From contig NC_042998.1 in NCBI RefSeq assembly GCF_006345805.1, positions 202,244,001 through 202,308,000 of the forward strand: a DNA stretch of 64,000 bases. Reading direction: 5' to 3'. The DNA comes from Octopus sinensis (lineage: Eukaryota). The position numbers and the translations under genes are program-made. The notes under the pieces are model-generated. The model did not search any database. It saw only the letters and a program-made list of their open reading frames with translations, and was not told where the DNA came from. How positions within the stretch are numbered: position 1 is the first letter of the stretch; each line of letters begins with the position of its first letter. Positions 1 to 12,864 of the stretch are shown one piece after another.

Positions 1-1084
1 ACCAAAGTTAAAAATCAATATCCAATATGTTATTCAAAAATATGTTGATATATAACCGGAAAAAATATATTTGGACATTGTTTCCCCGTAAGATAGAATG
101 CTTATGTTTCAAAAATGTATGAACTAAACTCAAATGCATTAGCCGATGTTTCCCTTAAGGAAATGTTCCCTGTATTTACATTTATCCCGTAATTCATTTC
201 TAAATAACAAAAAAAGTTGTTTTTATCAAACAAATTATTGACAATTCAATTTCCTATTTTTAAACGAATAAATATTTATTCATGAAATTAAGGTGGCTGA
301 ATGGAACCATTTTAAGAATTCAACTAAATCTGCATATTGTAAAATATTAATTAAGAAAATTCTAGAAAAAAATAGCAACGATAACAACAATTATCAATAT
401 TTGAGTTCATCTTAATTTTTTTTCTTTCTTCTACCACATGTATGGCGTTTAATGGATTTGCATTTTCGGATTGAAATAGAATGTTAAAGATTTATTAGTT
501 TTCTTTAAATCGATTAAACTCTGATTTTATGCTGCAGACCACGTATCCAGTAACATACTTTCTGAAGGGAATATTACAGGGTCACTACAAAATCTAAGTA
601 GTTTAGTGAATAGGTGTCGCTCATCATTTATCTAGAATTACTTAAAATATCTTATTCAAGAACAGAGAACAAAAGAACAAATAAACAGCCATTATATCTG
701 CGAGAAATAGTAGCCACATACCTTTAGTATCATATCGCAGTAATGGCATGAAAATCTATGCTGGATAATATACCCCTACATATCTCAATTACGAACGTGC
801 GCTTCTAAATTCTCTGCCTATTCGCTACCTAGAGTACTGCACAAGTACAGTAATATATCAACAGAAAATTATGTGACCATACACATATATAACCGCACTT
901 GTATATATCCACATAGCTTGAGGATATATAATCAAGAACATAAGCACCGGCCCGACAAGGAAATGCACCGACACATTTACAAACGTCAGTCGAATATCTT
1001 AGACTGTTTTCATACCATATGATCAATTAACCTTTAAGTGCAGTAACACATATCATAGAAACTCAGTAATATATAACAATAATA

Positions 1085-1121
1085 TATACACTCACACACA
1101 CATATGTATGTATATATACAT

Positions 1122-1177
<56 letters not shown>
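1085..1177. repeat. (TA)n/(CA)n microsatellite
   Basis: Run of TA dinucleotides preceded by short CA and TATG units. Confidence 0.95.
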
Positions 1178-1371
1178 GGGAGAGTTTACGAAAAAAACAA
1201 AAGACGAAGACAGGTGGTGTACAAAACAAACAGATATATTAATATAACGCTCAGGAATAGGAAAAAACTTTGTACGTTTCGAGCCTACGTTCTTCCACAG
1301 AAAGGGACACAGAAAAAACAAGGAAGAAACAAGGAGAGAAAAAATGTGTGTAGTGGCTAACGATCTATCAT
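1178..1371 (-). mobile_element. Penelope-type terminal repeat (pLTR-like) fragment with hammerhead-like motif, copy 1
   Basis: About 190-bp repeat with a second copy at 9269-9450; both start immediately after (TA)n. The minus strand reads CTTT-CTGTGGAA-GAAC-GTAG-GCTC-GAA-ACGT-A-CAAAG at 1268-1304. Confidence 0.6.
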
Positions 1372-1658
1372 ATGTATGTATGCAGGTATGTAAAATCAGT
1401 AATGCAATGATATATAACTGGGATAGAAATGTTAAATGCGTAACATTATTTAATTCCCATAATATTTTACGATGTATATCCATAATACTCTACAACTAAA
1501 ATAATATATGGCTGTAAGAATGTCTAAGTATAGTAATATATAATTGTCTTTAAAAAGTATATTTGTTTATACATACATACAGTCATATATATTCATAATA
1601 ACGTATATGCAGGGTAATCAGATGCGACCGCAGTAATATGTAACCCAAATACAATACA

Positions 1659-1816
1659 AAGAAGAAGAAGAAGAAGAAGAAGAAGAAGAAGAAGAAGAAG
1701 AAGAAGAAAAGGAGAAGAAGAAGAAGAAGAAGAAGAAAGAAGAAGAAGAAGAAGAAGAAGAAGAAGAAGAAGAAGAAGAAGAAGAAGAAGAAGAAGAAGA
1801 AGAAGAAGAAGAAGAA
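1659..1816 (+). repeat. (GAA)n trinucleotide tract, about 50 units
   Basis: Nearly pure GAA with two interruptions. Confidence 0.98.
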
Positions 1817-2226
1817 CTTGTGATTGTACAAATATTTAGGAGCAATAAATTGAGACTGAAGTAACTTATCATTCATTTCAATAGCTTTGAGTCTTTCTGG
1901 TCTTTAATTTTGGGACCTCTAGAGGTGTCCATATTGTTAACTGTTTAAATATACGCGTTAAATAATCTAATGAAATTTTTCTCCATTAAAGTCGACTTCC
2001 ACAATCTAGACAAGTTGACTTGTATAACTAGGGGATGAAGTTTTCCTTGAACAATTATTAGGGCGTTTGAAGACTAGCAGTTGTCACTATGCGGATTTTC
2101 TAATTGTTTTTATACATCCTATCGGAAAAGCTGTTTGAGACCAAGTAGCTGAAGTTCATAACATTTAATCACTTTATGCAATATCAAGTATTTGCTTTTC
2201 ACTAGTCTAATATTTATATTCCATCT

Positions 2227-2614
2227 GTGGAGGCGCAATGGCCCAGTGGTTAGGGCAGCGGACTCGCGGTCATAGGATCGCGGTTTCGATTTTCAGACCG
2301 GGCGTTGTGAGTGTTTATTGAGCGAAAACACCTAAAAGCTCCACGAGGCTCCGGCAGGAGATGGTGGTGGTCCCTGCTGTACTCTTCCATCACAACTTTC
2401 TCTCACTCTTACTTCCTGTTTCTGTTTTACCTGTATTTCAAAGGGCCGGCCTTGTCACTCTCTGTGTCACGCTGAATATTCCCGAGAACTATGTTAAGGG
2501 TGCACGTGTCTGTGGAGTGCTCAGTCACTTACACGTTAATTTCACGAGCAGGCTGTTCCGTTGATTCGGATCAACCGGAACCCTCGTCGTCGTAACCGAC
2601 GGAGTGCTTCCATC
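2227..2614 (+). mobile_element. tRNA-derived SINE (family C), full length
   Basis: tRNA-like head with A box TGGCCCAGTGG and B-box-like GGTTTCGATT; 15-bp TSD ATTTATATTCCATCT at 2212-2226 and 2615-2629; homologous copy at 37484-37818. Confidence 0.92.
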
Positions 2615-3240
2615 ATTTATATTCCATCTATTTTCAATGGGGAAAATATACATTTAACTTTCGAGAAGAATGGAAAAGGTTTTGACGCTTCGATCCTACG
2701 TCCGTCGAAAAAAAGTAGTGAGAGGAAGAACAAATGGAGAGAGAACAAGAGAAACAATGTGTAGGAATTAACGGCTGAACAATATATAAAAATCTAAGTG
2801 TGAACACGTTAACATGAAACAACCTGTGTAGGAACTTCTAATATTGCAGTATCAGTATGCTATCAGCATTTCCATTCCTCTGCACTGATCACTTAATAAA
2901 CAATGATCAACCTTTGTTCAAATATGTAGGGAAGAATGTAATCTATTCATTTAAGTTCTGTTAGAGGCCCCGTCGATACTATAAACGGGGACATATGACG
3001 AAGCAGACATTGCGTTAATCCGTAGATTATACTTCCCATTGCTCTGACATGCGATTTTTATATCACTCCTGGACAGAAACCTGCTATTTAGCTTTTATTA
3101 CTGCACTGTAGTGTACTGTTTGTGTTATTACTGTTCTTACTAAGGACAATTCACGGTGATAATGAAATGATATTTATAATTAATTGTTCGATATCACATA
3201 TGAGGAAAGGTGCTTGAACCCAACTTTAATGTTTGTTTAG

Positions 3241-3249
3241 GTACTTAAA
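3241..3249 (+). CDS. Candidate 9-nt microexon (GTACTTAAA; VLK if phase 0)
   Basis: Acceptor ctttaatgtttgtttAG, 9 nt, then consensus donor GTAAGT. Splice signals only; could occur by chance. Confidence 0.25.
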
Positions 3250-4989
3250 GTAAGTGAAGAATAAACGCTACTTAATACACGTCATTAATAGTTTCGCTTT
3301 CCTCCTCCAGGAACCACCTACATTTTCGTTTATCATTTGGACATTGCATTCATAAACGGTATTTATATTATATGTTAATTTGGATAAAACCTGGCATGGA
3401 TTTTGACCTGAAGCAGAATTTCCCTTGATTTTAAATGGTTTCCTATCACTATTCTTGAAGAACTTCAACTGCTTAATCATGAAGTCATTGAGCTACCAAG
3501 AGTTAAGTCAAGCTTCCGGCAAGACAAGTTCGTGATCCGATTCTAATTCGCGCTTGAATTTATTTCTGTTGCCATGAATGGCTAATGCGCTTATGAAAAC
3601 TTCCATTTACCTCGGCATGTATTTTAGGTATTTTGTTCCTGATCGAAATCTAATTTCGGAATTTTCATAAGATTGATTATTGATCGAAGGATTTATACCT
3701 CAAATTGCATTGAATTTTCTATAAAGTATTTAATGAAGTACTTTCAGAGCTGTATCACGTGGTCACTGAATAGTTTCTGCCTCTTCTTTGTCTTTCTTTC
3801 TTTCTTTCTTTCTTTCTTCTTTCTATCATTTATTCATTCATTCATTCGTTCTTTCTTTCTTCCTTTGCCTTTCTTTTTACTTTCAGAATTCTTGGAAACA
3901 ATGAGCTTATAAATCGATCATTACTATAACGATATTTTACCATACAAATTCTGATAAAGTTCATTTATATGTCGAAACCTTATGGAATATTTGCCGTCGA
4001 TTTAACTTAGTAAATACATTCTGTATTAACTACCAGAGTTAATTCATATATCAATAATTTCAAGCAACGCTAATGATGCATTAATTCTTAACAGCTCATT
4101 ATTCATTGAATTCAAGATGTTGCGAAAAAATATTAGCATTTTATAAACCACTTGTTGAATATTGGTCTCCCATATGGCCCAATGAGAAAACGGAGCAAAA
4201 TTTGTTTTTTAGGGGAATTAAAATAGGTGTTTTAGATGTTCCCCCATTAATAGTTTAGCAAAAGGAAATGACTACGGTCGAATAATATTGAAATCCCATT
4301 ACATGACAAATCACATGACGCTGACCCATTGCTCTTCCACAGCCTGGTTCCACGCTAATTTGTTGTACAACAATTCTCCAGTATCTCAAATTATCTAATA
4401 CTTAAAATGCGGCAACTGTCAGCGCCTATGTTATCAATCGATCTGCTAAAAATTGCAGCCGAATCTCCGTCAGATTGCCTTGCGCTTGTAATATAATTTT
4501 ATATATATTATATTTCCATCTTTTAATCATAAGCTTCAGGGATTAAGCTTAGAATCGTGCCTAAAGTACATTACTCCAAAATTCGAATTTCTTGATTACT
4601 TTTCTATGAATTCACAACAGACATTGCCCTGCATCACTATTGTTGTTTATTATGATTACAATGCCAAACATTTTACCCACGAATCAAAACTTTACGTAGA
4701 TTCCACATTTCTAGCCCAACGTCTTTCTGACCTCAGTGTGATAGATTTGGGTGATTGATATGTTACTTGTTTTGCGAACTCTATCTTACAATCGCCAGTT
4801 TTAGTGATGTCCATTTGTTGTGTTTGGATATGTGTTATAGTATGGGAGTGGGGGATTTTTACTCTACTCCTTTTGATGTGTGTGCTTGCGTGTGAAATTA
4901 GGCATTACATAACGACATGAATATGCTTTCTATAATCAATCTTCTATGCTTTATCGAATATCGCGTGGCCGCTAACATAAAGCAAAATG

Positions 4990-6151
4990 CAGGGTGCGTA
5001 AGATATTTCAGGACAGAATTATGTTTATTAAAGAAAACAGATATATAATAACAAATAATAACTTTATTTATCAAAAATGCTATGAGGATAAAAATAAACC
5101 TTTTTTATAATGTTATTCAATAAAGCCAACTTCAGCTGCAACAACCGCTTCTATATGAGATCTAAATCATCTAAATGCCCGAATTAAGTGGTCCTGGTTC
5201 ATTTTGGACATTATTCTGACTATGGCAGCATTCAAAGCATCTTTGGTGTTCTGGGCGAGTTCATTGACCACTCTCTCAATAACGCTCCACATGTAATAAT
5301 CCAATGGATTGAGATCTAGGGATTTAGGAGGCAAAATGTTAGGGGTTATGAGATCATGAACATTTTCAACCATCCATTCCTGTGCTACTAGAACCATGTG
5401 TGATAGTGCAGAGTCTTACTGAAACACATAAGACCTTCCTCTGCATACACTGTCTATTCAGGGCTTAATGAATATTTCCAGGACCTCAATGTAGGCGGCA
5501 GAGTGAATTCTAGGTTTTTGTGGAAAGATGTAAGGAGGTATCACATCCTTCATTGCTGTCATTTCTTCTGTTAGCTTTTTTACATTGGTCGAAGTTTTTC
5601 TCGATTGAGAGAAACCAAATAAAATTTTATTCTGCTGGATTTTTCAGTTTTCTTAAGAGCCTTTTAGATCTGATGTAGAGATATTCTTGGGCCTTTCTGA
5701 CAAATTGACCTTTCCGCATCATATAAGATTATATCTGATGTCTTCATGGACAACGTTTCTAACTGATCCTTCTAACACAAGGAGATCTTTGCAATTGACC
5801 TCATGGACGTTCTGCGATTATAATCAATGGTTTGTTGAACTTGTAGGATAACTTCAGGTGTTCTGATGATTTCAGAGCGTATAGAATGCTGTTATTCATA
5901 GATACTGGTCATACTTTTCCATTTTCAGTCTCTAGCTCTTTACAACCTTTGTAAACGAAAGATCTGGAAACTTTTAGAACGCAAGATATTTTAAATCAGT
6001 ATACTCAGCCTTTATAACCACAATAACAGCATGCCTCTTTCTTTCTTGAGTAAGCTGACGTCTGCCATTTAAATATCTGAAACAAAGATTATACAGAGTT
6101 AGCAAAAAAATGCAGCAATGACCCCAAAAAGGTAAGTCCTTTCGCACCCTG
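4990..6151 (-). mobile_element. Decayed Tc1/mariner element, maT (DD37D)-like
   Basis: Terminal inverted CAGGGTGCG(T/A)AAG; TA at 6152-6153 (left side TG). Minus-strand remnants FSDEKNF-like, YVFQ*DSALSH and PPKSLDLNPLDYYMWS (ORF 5167-5397), with stops and frameshifts. Confidence 0.88.
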
Positions 6152-6353
6152 TATATAAATTTAAGGGCCTAAATTCGACCGCAACAAACAGATCAACACA
6201 TGACAAATATTGCATGGTGCTTACCGTCCCAAATCCCTTGTGACAGTAATGATGAGACGGACTCAATCAACTCATGCATAGCAAATAACAAATGTGCCTA
6301 GAAAATCAATCAATTCTTGAAACGGACACTGTAAATAACAAGAAACGTCGGAT

Positions 6354-6960
6354 ATGGATTTAGGGATTTTTCTATTCCGAACCAACTGTAAAAATCTAAG
6401 AAAATGCCTGAAATCTAAAATAAAAACAATACAACTTGAACATCGTTGTGTTTGTAATGAAACCTGTATACATGTTAATATACTAACAAATACTCACTTC
6501 CTTATTTCACAACGCATGAAGCGACTTTTTCGAGAACCATCACCTTAAGTCGCGCGATTGCTTCATTGCTAGATTTCGTTGCTTCCTCTCATAACTGTAC
6601 TAAATTGGTAGGGAATTATGCTATTTATTTTTCAAGGTTTTATCGTAGGGCTGCGGGCAACCTTATGATCAATTTCTAAGCCTTTGATATTGGTATGAGG
6701 GCATAATAGTCAGCTCAGAAAACGTTCCAGAATATTTACAAAGATATGTGTACACTAGAAGACCAGGTGGTGATCTTACACCAGCGGCAGGCTCAACATA
6801 CCAACAGAGAAAGCTATATTCCTTCTTTCGGGCTTCCTCTCACTTTCAGTCTATCCTATTTCATTCTCAAGATTTTGGTCGAGAAGGGACCACGATGGGA
6901 GCAGATCTTGCATTCTGCTGCTTTGTTGGATCGGACCCAATATTTACAAAAATTCTTAAG
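6354..6960 (+). pseudogene. Possible highly decayed Penelope-like ORF remnant
   Basis: HRCVCNETCIHVNIL resembles Penelope N-terminal H..FN.TCL..L, and GTTMGADLA resembles RT motif G..MG..LA; short matches only. Confidence 0.3.
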
Positions 6961-9268
6961 CAGACCTATATGCGTGCGAGTATTGAGTCGTTTAGTGTTT
7001 TTTTCTCTCATATATATATGTCTGTGTGTGTGTGTGTGTGTGTGTTGTGTGTGTGTGTGTGTGTGTCTGTGTCTGTGTTTGTGTGTATATATGAAACATG
7101 ATATAAAAACGGTTTTGTTTGATAGTGAGTTGGCAAGACTATCGAAATAAACCATCTTTCGCTTTCATAATATGTCATATAATAAATATGATTCAAGTAC
7201 AACAGTTTACATAAAAAAAATGTTATAACTTTAAGTAATATGAGAGATAAGTCTTAAATGGCATACTTTTGTAATTGTGATATTTCAGGAAATGTTTTGC
7301 ATGCGCAGGTCCAATACTTCATGGCCTTCATAAATTATTCAGAGTTTACCAGATATATAGATAAGTCTGTACAATAAAAACAAAAGTGAAACATAAATAT
7401 CATTCGAGACTTAAATTCGATCTTTGACATTATATTTGTCATGTCTGCTTAATGGTATCTGATGGTGAAACAGATTGAATGATAAATACTTCTGTTTTTC
7501 ACCGTTTAAATATATTAACACGTTTAAGGTTATCATTATGCTTGTCAGTCCCCTCAAAATAAAATAAGATGGATAATCTAGAACACTCTAGAGGTTTTAA
7601 TGACCTCGTACCAGGAGAGAATACGATATTTATGTTGGATGAAATATAGAAAGTTCAATAAACATATTATTTCATGTCTGGTTTTTTTCTTTTGTTTTAC
7701 TTAACTTTTTTTCTGTTTCCCACCGTAAAAAGCAAAAGCGGAATTTTGTTTTTGAAAATTGTTATATATATGAAGTATTTTGTCTTCAGTATTTTATAGC
7801 AAAATATTTTGATTTCGTTTTTTATGTTTTAAATGGAAGTATTTATACCAACAGATTTTTCTTCACGTTTCAGAATAACCCACACCCTGCATTTCCGTCG
7901 ATTAATAGTGAGGATTCGGATATTCTTGCTCCTGAATTAGCATGAAAGTCTTTGAATATCATCCAGATATGTACGTCCTTAAAGTAACACTCAGTCACCG
8001 CAACATGACAATGAATGGTGAAGCCCTAATCTTTTGACAGACAGGTGCTACTCTGCTTGGCGAGATTCCATAGGAGTTCCGCCTACCAAATATCACGTTA
8101 GAGGTGTGGAGCTGTCTGAGGCTATAGAAAATACCGTTTGGTAATTTGGCACACATTGGGAATGAAACCGAGACCTTGTAGTTAAGAATCAAATTTCTTA
8201 TCTGTTTAGCTTTACTGCCCCTACTCTTCTAAGGATATTAATATTATGTATTTGCTGATACTTCATAATATCAATATAACACGATTTGTACTCAAACCTA
8301 CTTAATGAATACCACTCGTTTAGAGCTCTCCGATTATTCCCGTTCACTTTAATTGCGATGAGAAAGTACTTGTGAAACACATGAACGTCACACCATCTTA
8401 CTTCTATTTAATATCCAACAAGAGATCCATTATATCAAGAAAATCAATGTAATATGAAATTATGCCCGTTTACTAGTTAGCTGTGACGAAAGAAGTAGTG
8501 TCCATTGTATTCTCAGACGTTCTAAGATGGAAAACATGAAACGACGTCAATAATATAATGATTCAATGTGTTTAAGAAACTTTTGTAATTGGCGTTATTA
8601 CATCACTTCTCAACAACACTGAGAGTAAGACATGAAGCTGAATTCCAAGAAGGCGTGCGATCTTCGCCAGATATATCGTCAAAATGTTCAATTCTTTTTC
8701 ACAGTGACGTGTTACAAATTCGTGATAGACTTGGTGCCACAGAACGGAAGTAACATGAAAGTGGTGTCGATATATTTGTAAAGTTATTTTGCAACATTTA
8801 CTAGAGTATTGTTACTGTAAAATATATGGGGGGTATCTTAACAGTCTCGTTAGTGAATCCGTAAAGTGTAAAGATATTGAATATATTTGATATAGAAGTA
8901 TTAACTACTTAGTTATAATGATTTATTTCTTGCTTTCAACAAATCCATAGTTACGATGGTGTAATTGACTGGGGTGTATAACCTTGAAATTTTATTAGAT
9001 TAACTATTTGCTGATGAAAAGTCAGGTGATGGCTAATATATTTTGAGAGACGTCCAATGAAGTAAGCTTTGCTTAATAACGCTGCTTATATCTTTTGCAG
9101 CATTACACGGAGGCTACGGGCAAAATGTTATAGTGCATGAGCGTCTTTGGACATAAATAATGTACGTGAAAAGTTTGGTGAAAATCTGTTGTGAAGTGTG
9201 GAAATGTATGAGTTAGTCATTATACAGACTCACTGCACACTACAATTTATATATACTATATATATATA

Positions 9269-9450
9269 GGGAGAGATTACGAAAAAACAAAAGACGAAGA
9301 CAGGTGGTCTATAAAACAAACAGATGTGTTAGTATAACGCTCAGGAATAGAAAGAGTATTTTACGTTTCGAGCCTACGCTCTTCTACAGAAAGGGACACA
9401 GAAAGAACAAGAAGAGAAAAAAATCTGTGTAGTGGCTAACTATCTGTCAT
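9269..9450 (-). mobile_element. Penelope-type terminal repeat fragment with hammerhead-like motif, copy 2
   Basis: Homologous to 1178-1371 and follows (TA)n. Minus strand CTTT-CTGTAGAA-GAGC-GTAG-GCTC-GAA-ACGT-A-AAAT at about 9358-9393, with a perfect 4-bp stem II. Confidence 0.6.
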
Positions 9451-9473
9451 GGTGACTGATAGTGGCTAACGAT

Positions 9474-9508
9474 GTATATATATATATATATATATATACA
9501 TATACGTA

Positions 9509-9540
<32 letters not shown>

Positions 9541-9773
9541 CGATGTACTCTTCGTCTTTAGATGACGTATGAAGTTTCGACAATTTCGTACCGATCAACC
9601 ACACGGGTGTTCTGTTTATAATAATCAAATATTTGTGGACACATAAGCTTACATCCACCATCAAATCGACATTACCTGTACAGGTTCAACGAGTATCACA
9701 TGTCAGATGAGATGATCGCAGAGCAACGTGAAACAAATATACATACACACACACACATATGTATATATATATG

Positions 9774-9827
<54 letters not shown>

Positions 9828-9848
9828 AAGAGAAATACATAGATATAG

Positions 9849-9880
<32 letters not shown>

Positions 9881-10539
9881 GTATATATATGTCTATATAT
9901 ATACACACACATCAACACATATATGTATGCATGTGTGTATGTCTGTATACATATACATAAATATATATGACACTCAAACAGATGATATCCAACTCCTCAT
10001 CATACTCTTTATCGTCCAATATACACTCTTAACAACCCAATTTTTATATTGCACTGGCATTCAGCTTTCTTAGTTTCTGACTATTATGGTGTTCTTCAAC
10101 GTCTTAGAATTCTGGCAAAAGAAAAGTGTCTATAACGCAAATAAGATAAATTAGGTATGTGTATATGGATGCGATCTGTGAATAAGAGTTTACGTTAAAG
10201 AAGAAATTTACAAATATACAAATATTATACTAACACGGCTTAAATAGCTAAAAGTCGCCTTTTTATTTATGTCATCTGTGTTTAGTGCGGTAACAGATTT
10301 ATGTATACACACGCACGTGAACATGACAAGAAATATACGAAATAGAAATGTAAATATAGTTATAAAGCAAATCATTTTCTCACTGGTCTTTCGCCCGGCC
10401 ACACGCAGAGAAATGCACACACACACACTCACGTACACACACATACACGCACACTAGGATTTTACACGGACACTACACACACGCACACGTACGCACACGC
10501 ACACACACAAAAACACACGCACACGAAAGCACTCACTAA

Positions 10540-10577
<38 letters not shown>

Positions 10578-10750
10578 TATGTGTGAACATGTTCCGACAT
10601 ATGTCAGTATGTAATTACATCTTTATGAATTTATACTTTTATAGTAATATAAAGGATAATATGCAGTCACAAACGCATGTGTAAGGGTATATATATATAT
10701 ATATACATGCAGAAATATATATATATATATATACATATACAGATATATAC

Positions 10751-10795
<45 letters not shown>

Positions 10796-10831
10796 ATATA
10801 TATATGTATGTATATATATATATATATGCAT

Positions 10832-10880
<49 letters not shown>

Positions 10881-10945
10881 TATATATATATACATAATAT
10901 ATGTGTGTGTATGAGTGTGTGTATGAGTGTGTGTGTGTGTATCAC
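9474..10945. repeat. Cluster of compound microsatellites (TA, CA, TG, GA, TATACA)
   Basis: Direct reading; explains the Y/I/C/V-rich ORFs in the track. Confidence 0.9.
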
Positions 10946-11449
10946 TCATGCACAGCTTTTGCAATTTGTAATCGATAGATGCAGGCACATATAAAGTTCA
11001 ACGTATCACAGCAACCATGTTGTCGAAGTTACGGAGTTTCACATTAAACCTTTGGCAGGAGTGATTAATGCGTTCGCATGATTCAATAAGCAGAAGAATA
11101 AAAATTCATGGAAACCAACTCTTGCAACGTTTATTAGCCAGTTTGGGTCATCAGCAATCTCAATAGAGGCCAGGATATGGACTCTTGTGTTTCTCCTGCA
11201 GTTACTATTGACAAAGATTCAGGAAGGAAACTAACGGCATAGCTAAATATGACAAAAAATAATAAATCAATGAAACGTAGAGAACTGAAATAATGATATC
11301 AAACAGGTAAACAAAAATAGGAAATTGCATGTTCGATGTATTGATTCTGTAAGTTTGCGTATGATCGGTTGTGTATGATCGGGTGGCTGATAACCAGCCA
11401 ATGTTTCGATGGGTGGTATCAAATCACCGGCCCTGTGCATTATCGATTG

Positions 11450-11533
<84 letters not shown>

Positions 11534-11541
11534 ATATATAT

Positions 11542-11579
<38 letters not shown>

Positions 11580-11612
11580 TGTGTGTGTGTGTATATATAT
11601 GATGTGTGTGTG

Positions 11613-11838
11613 CGTGGTAACTAGCTTGCTTACCAACCACATGGTTCCGGGTTCAGTTCTACTGTGTGGTACCGTGGGCAAGTGTCTTCTACTGTAGCCT
11701 CGGGCCGACCAAAGCTTTGTGAGTGGACTTGGTAGACGGAAACTGAAAGAAGCCCATCGTATATATATATATATATAGAGAGAGAGAGATTGATAGATAG
11801 ATAGATAGATAGATAGATACACACATATATATATACAT

Positions 11839-11883
<45 letters not shown>

Positions 11884-12100
11884 ATATATATATGTTTGTG
11901 TGTCAGTGTTTCTGCCCCCAACATCGCTTCACAACCGATGTTGGTGTGTGTGTGTGTCCCCGTAGCTTAGCGGTTCGGTAAAAGACACCGATATATTACG
12001 TACTAGGCATACAAAGTACACTTTCTGGTGTTGATTTGTCCGACTAAAGGCGCTGTTCCAGCATATTCGCAGTCAAATGACTGAAACGAATAAAAGAAAA
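11613..12100 (+). mobile_element. tRNA-derived SINE (family A) with expanded internal microsatellite
   Basis: Head GTGGTAACTAGCTTGCTTACCAACCACATGGTTCCGGGTTCAG, body GGGCAAGTGTCTTCTACT...GACGGAAACTGAAAGAAGCC, tail CAGTCAAATGACTGAAAC, shared with five other copies in the window. Confidence 0.92.
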
Positions 12101-12418
12101 ACCCCAGCATGGCCACAGCTCATGAGCTGAAACTAGAATCAATCATATATATACATATATTTATGTATGTGTATATAATTTAGAGAAAAACCTCTATTAA
12201 GCAATTCAATAGTGAAAGACATTATTCACCCATATAGAAAAGAAATGTATATATTATAAAAACATTATTCTAAAAAATCAATAAAGTTCATATTGCTTAA
12301 TAGAAGCTTTTCTCTAAATTATATACATATATTATATATTGTGAAATTTGATTTAGAATTGCTAAATTGAATTTTTGTCTGTAAGTTTGGAATTATATTT
12401 TGCTAATATTTTTATATT

Positions 12419-12459
<41 letters not shown>

Positions 12460-12864
12460 CTTAGTAAACGCATTTATACACACGCATGCACACGTTCACA
12501 CAATCAAACACAGTATGGTATATGCTTGTAAGGTATCTTACATTTAAAAAAAAAATTTTTATCTTGTACGGAAGTAGCAGGCTTCTTACACCGATACGCA
12601 GCTCCATCTTGGAAGTGTAAATAACAACAACAACTTCATTCGCTGAACTTACGGGTTATGTTTCTGCAGTCCATGTTAGGTAGTTGACTCCTTTTTCCTG
12701 AAGCCCCTTGCATTTCCATATTGTCACTTAGGTATTTACTAATTATTGGTATAAATGTGAAATTATAATCCGTCTAGCGACGCTGACGGTTTAGTAGCAG
12801 TTGTCCATATTTTTCCTCTTTTTCTTTGATTTTCGAAGAGTTCATTATCATTATTATTATTATT

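Noticed and set aside
2227-2300. tRNA genes at SINE heads (also families A, B, D)
   Set aside because: They have A/B boxes but no complete cloverleaf, and they continue into SINE bodies with TSDs.
3780-3960. Strong-looking acceptors at 3886 and 7873 on the + strand
   Set aside because: The pyrimidine tract at 3886 is a simple (CTTT) repeat; neither site has a good donor with an open frame downstream.
11120-11160. Further hammerhead-like remnants (also about 40610-40645, 26485-26525, 2680-2715, 35325-35352)
   Set aside because: Each lacks GAAA, a pairable stem II or stem I; they may be decayed copies but cannot be supported individually.
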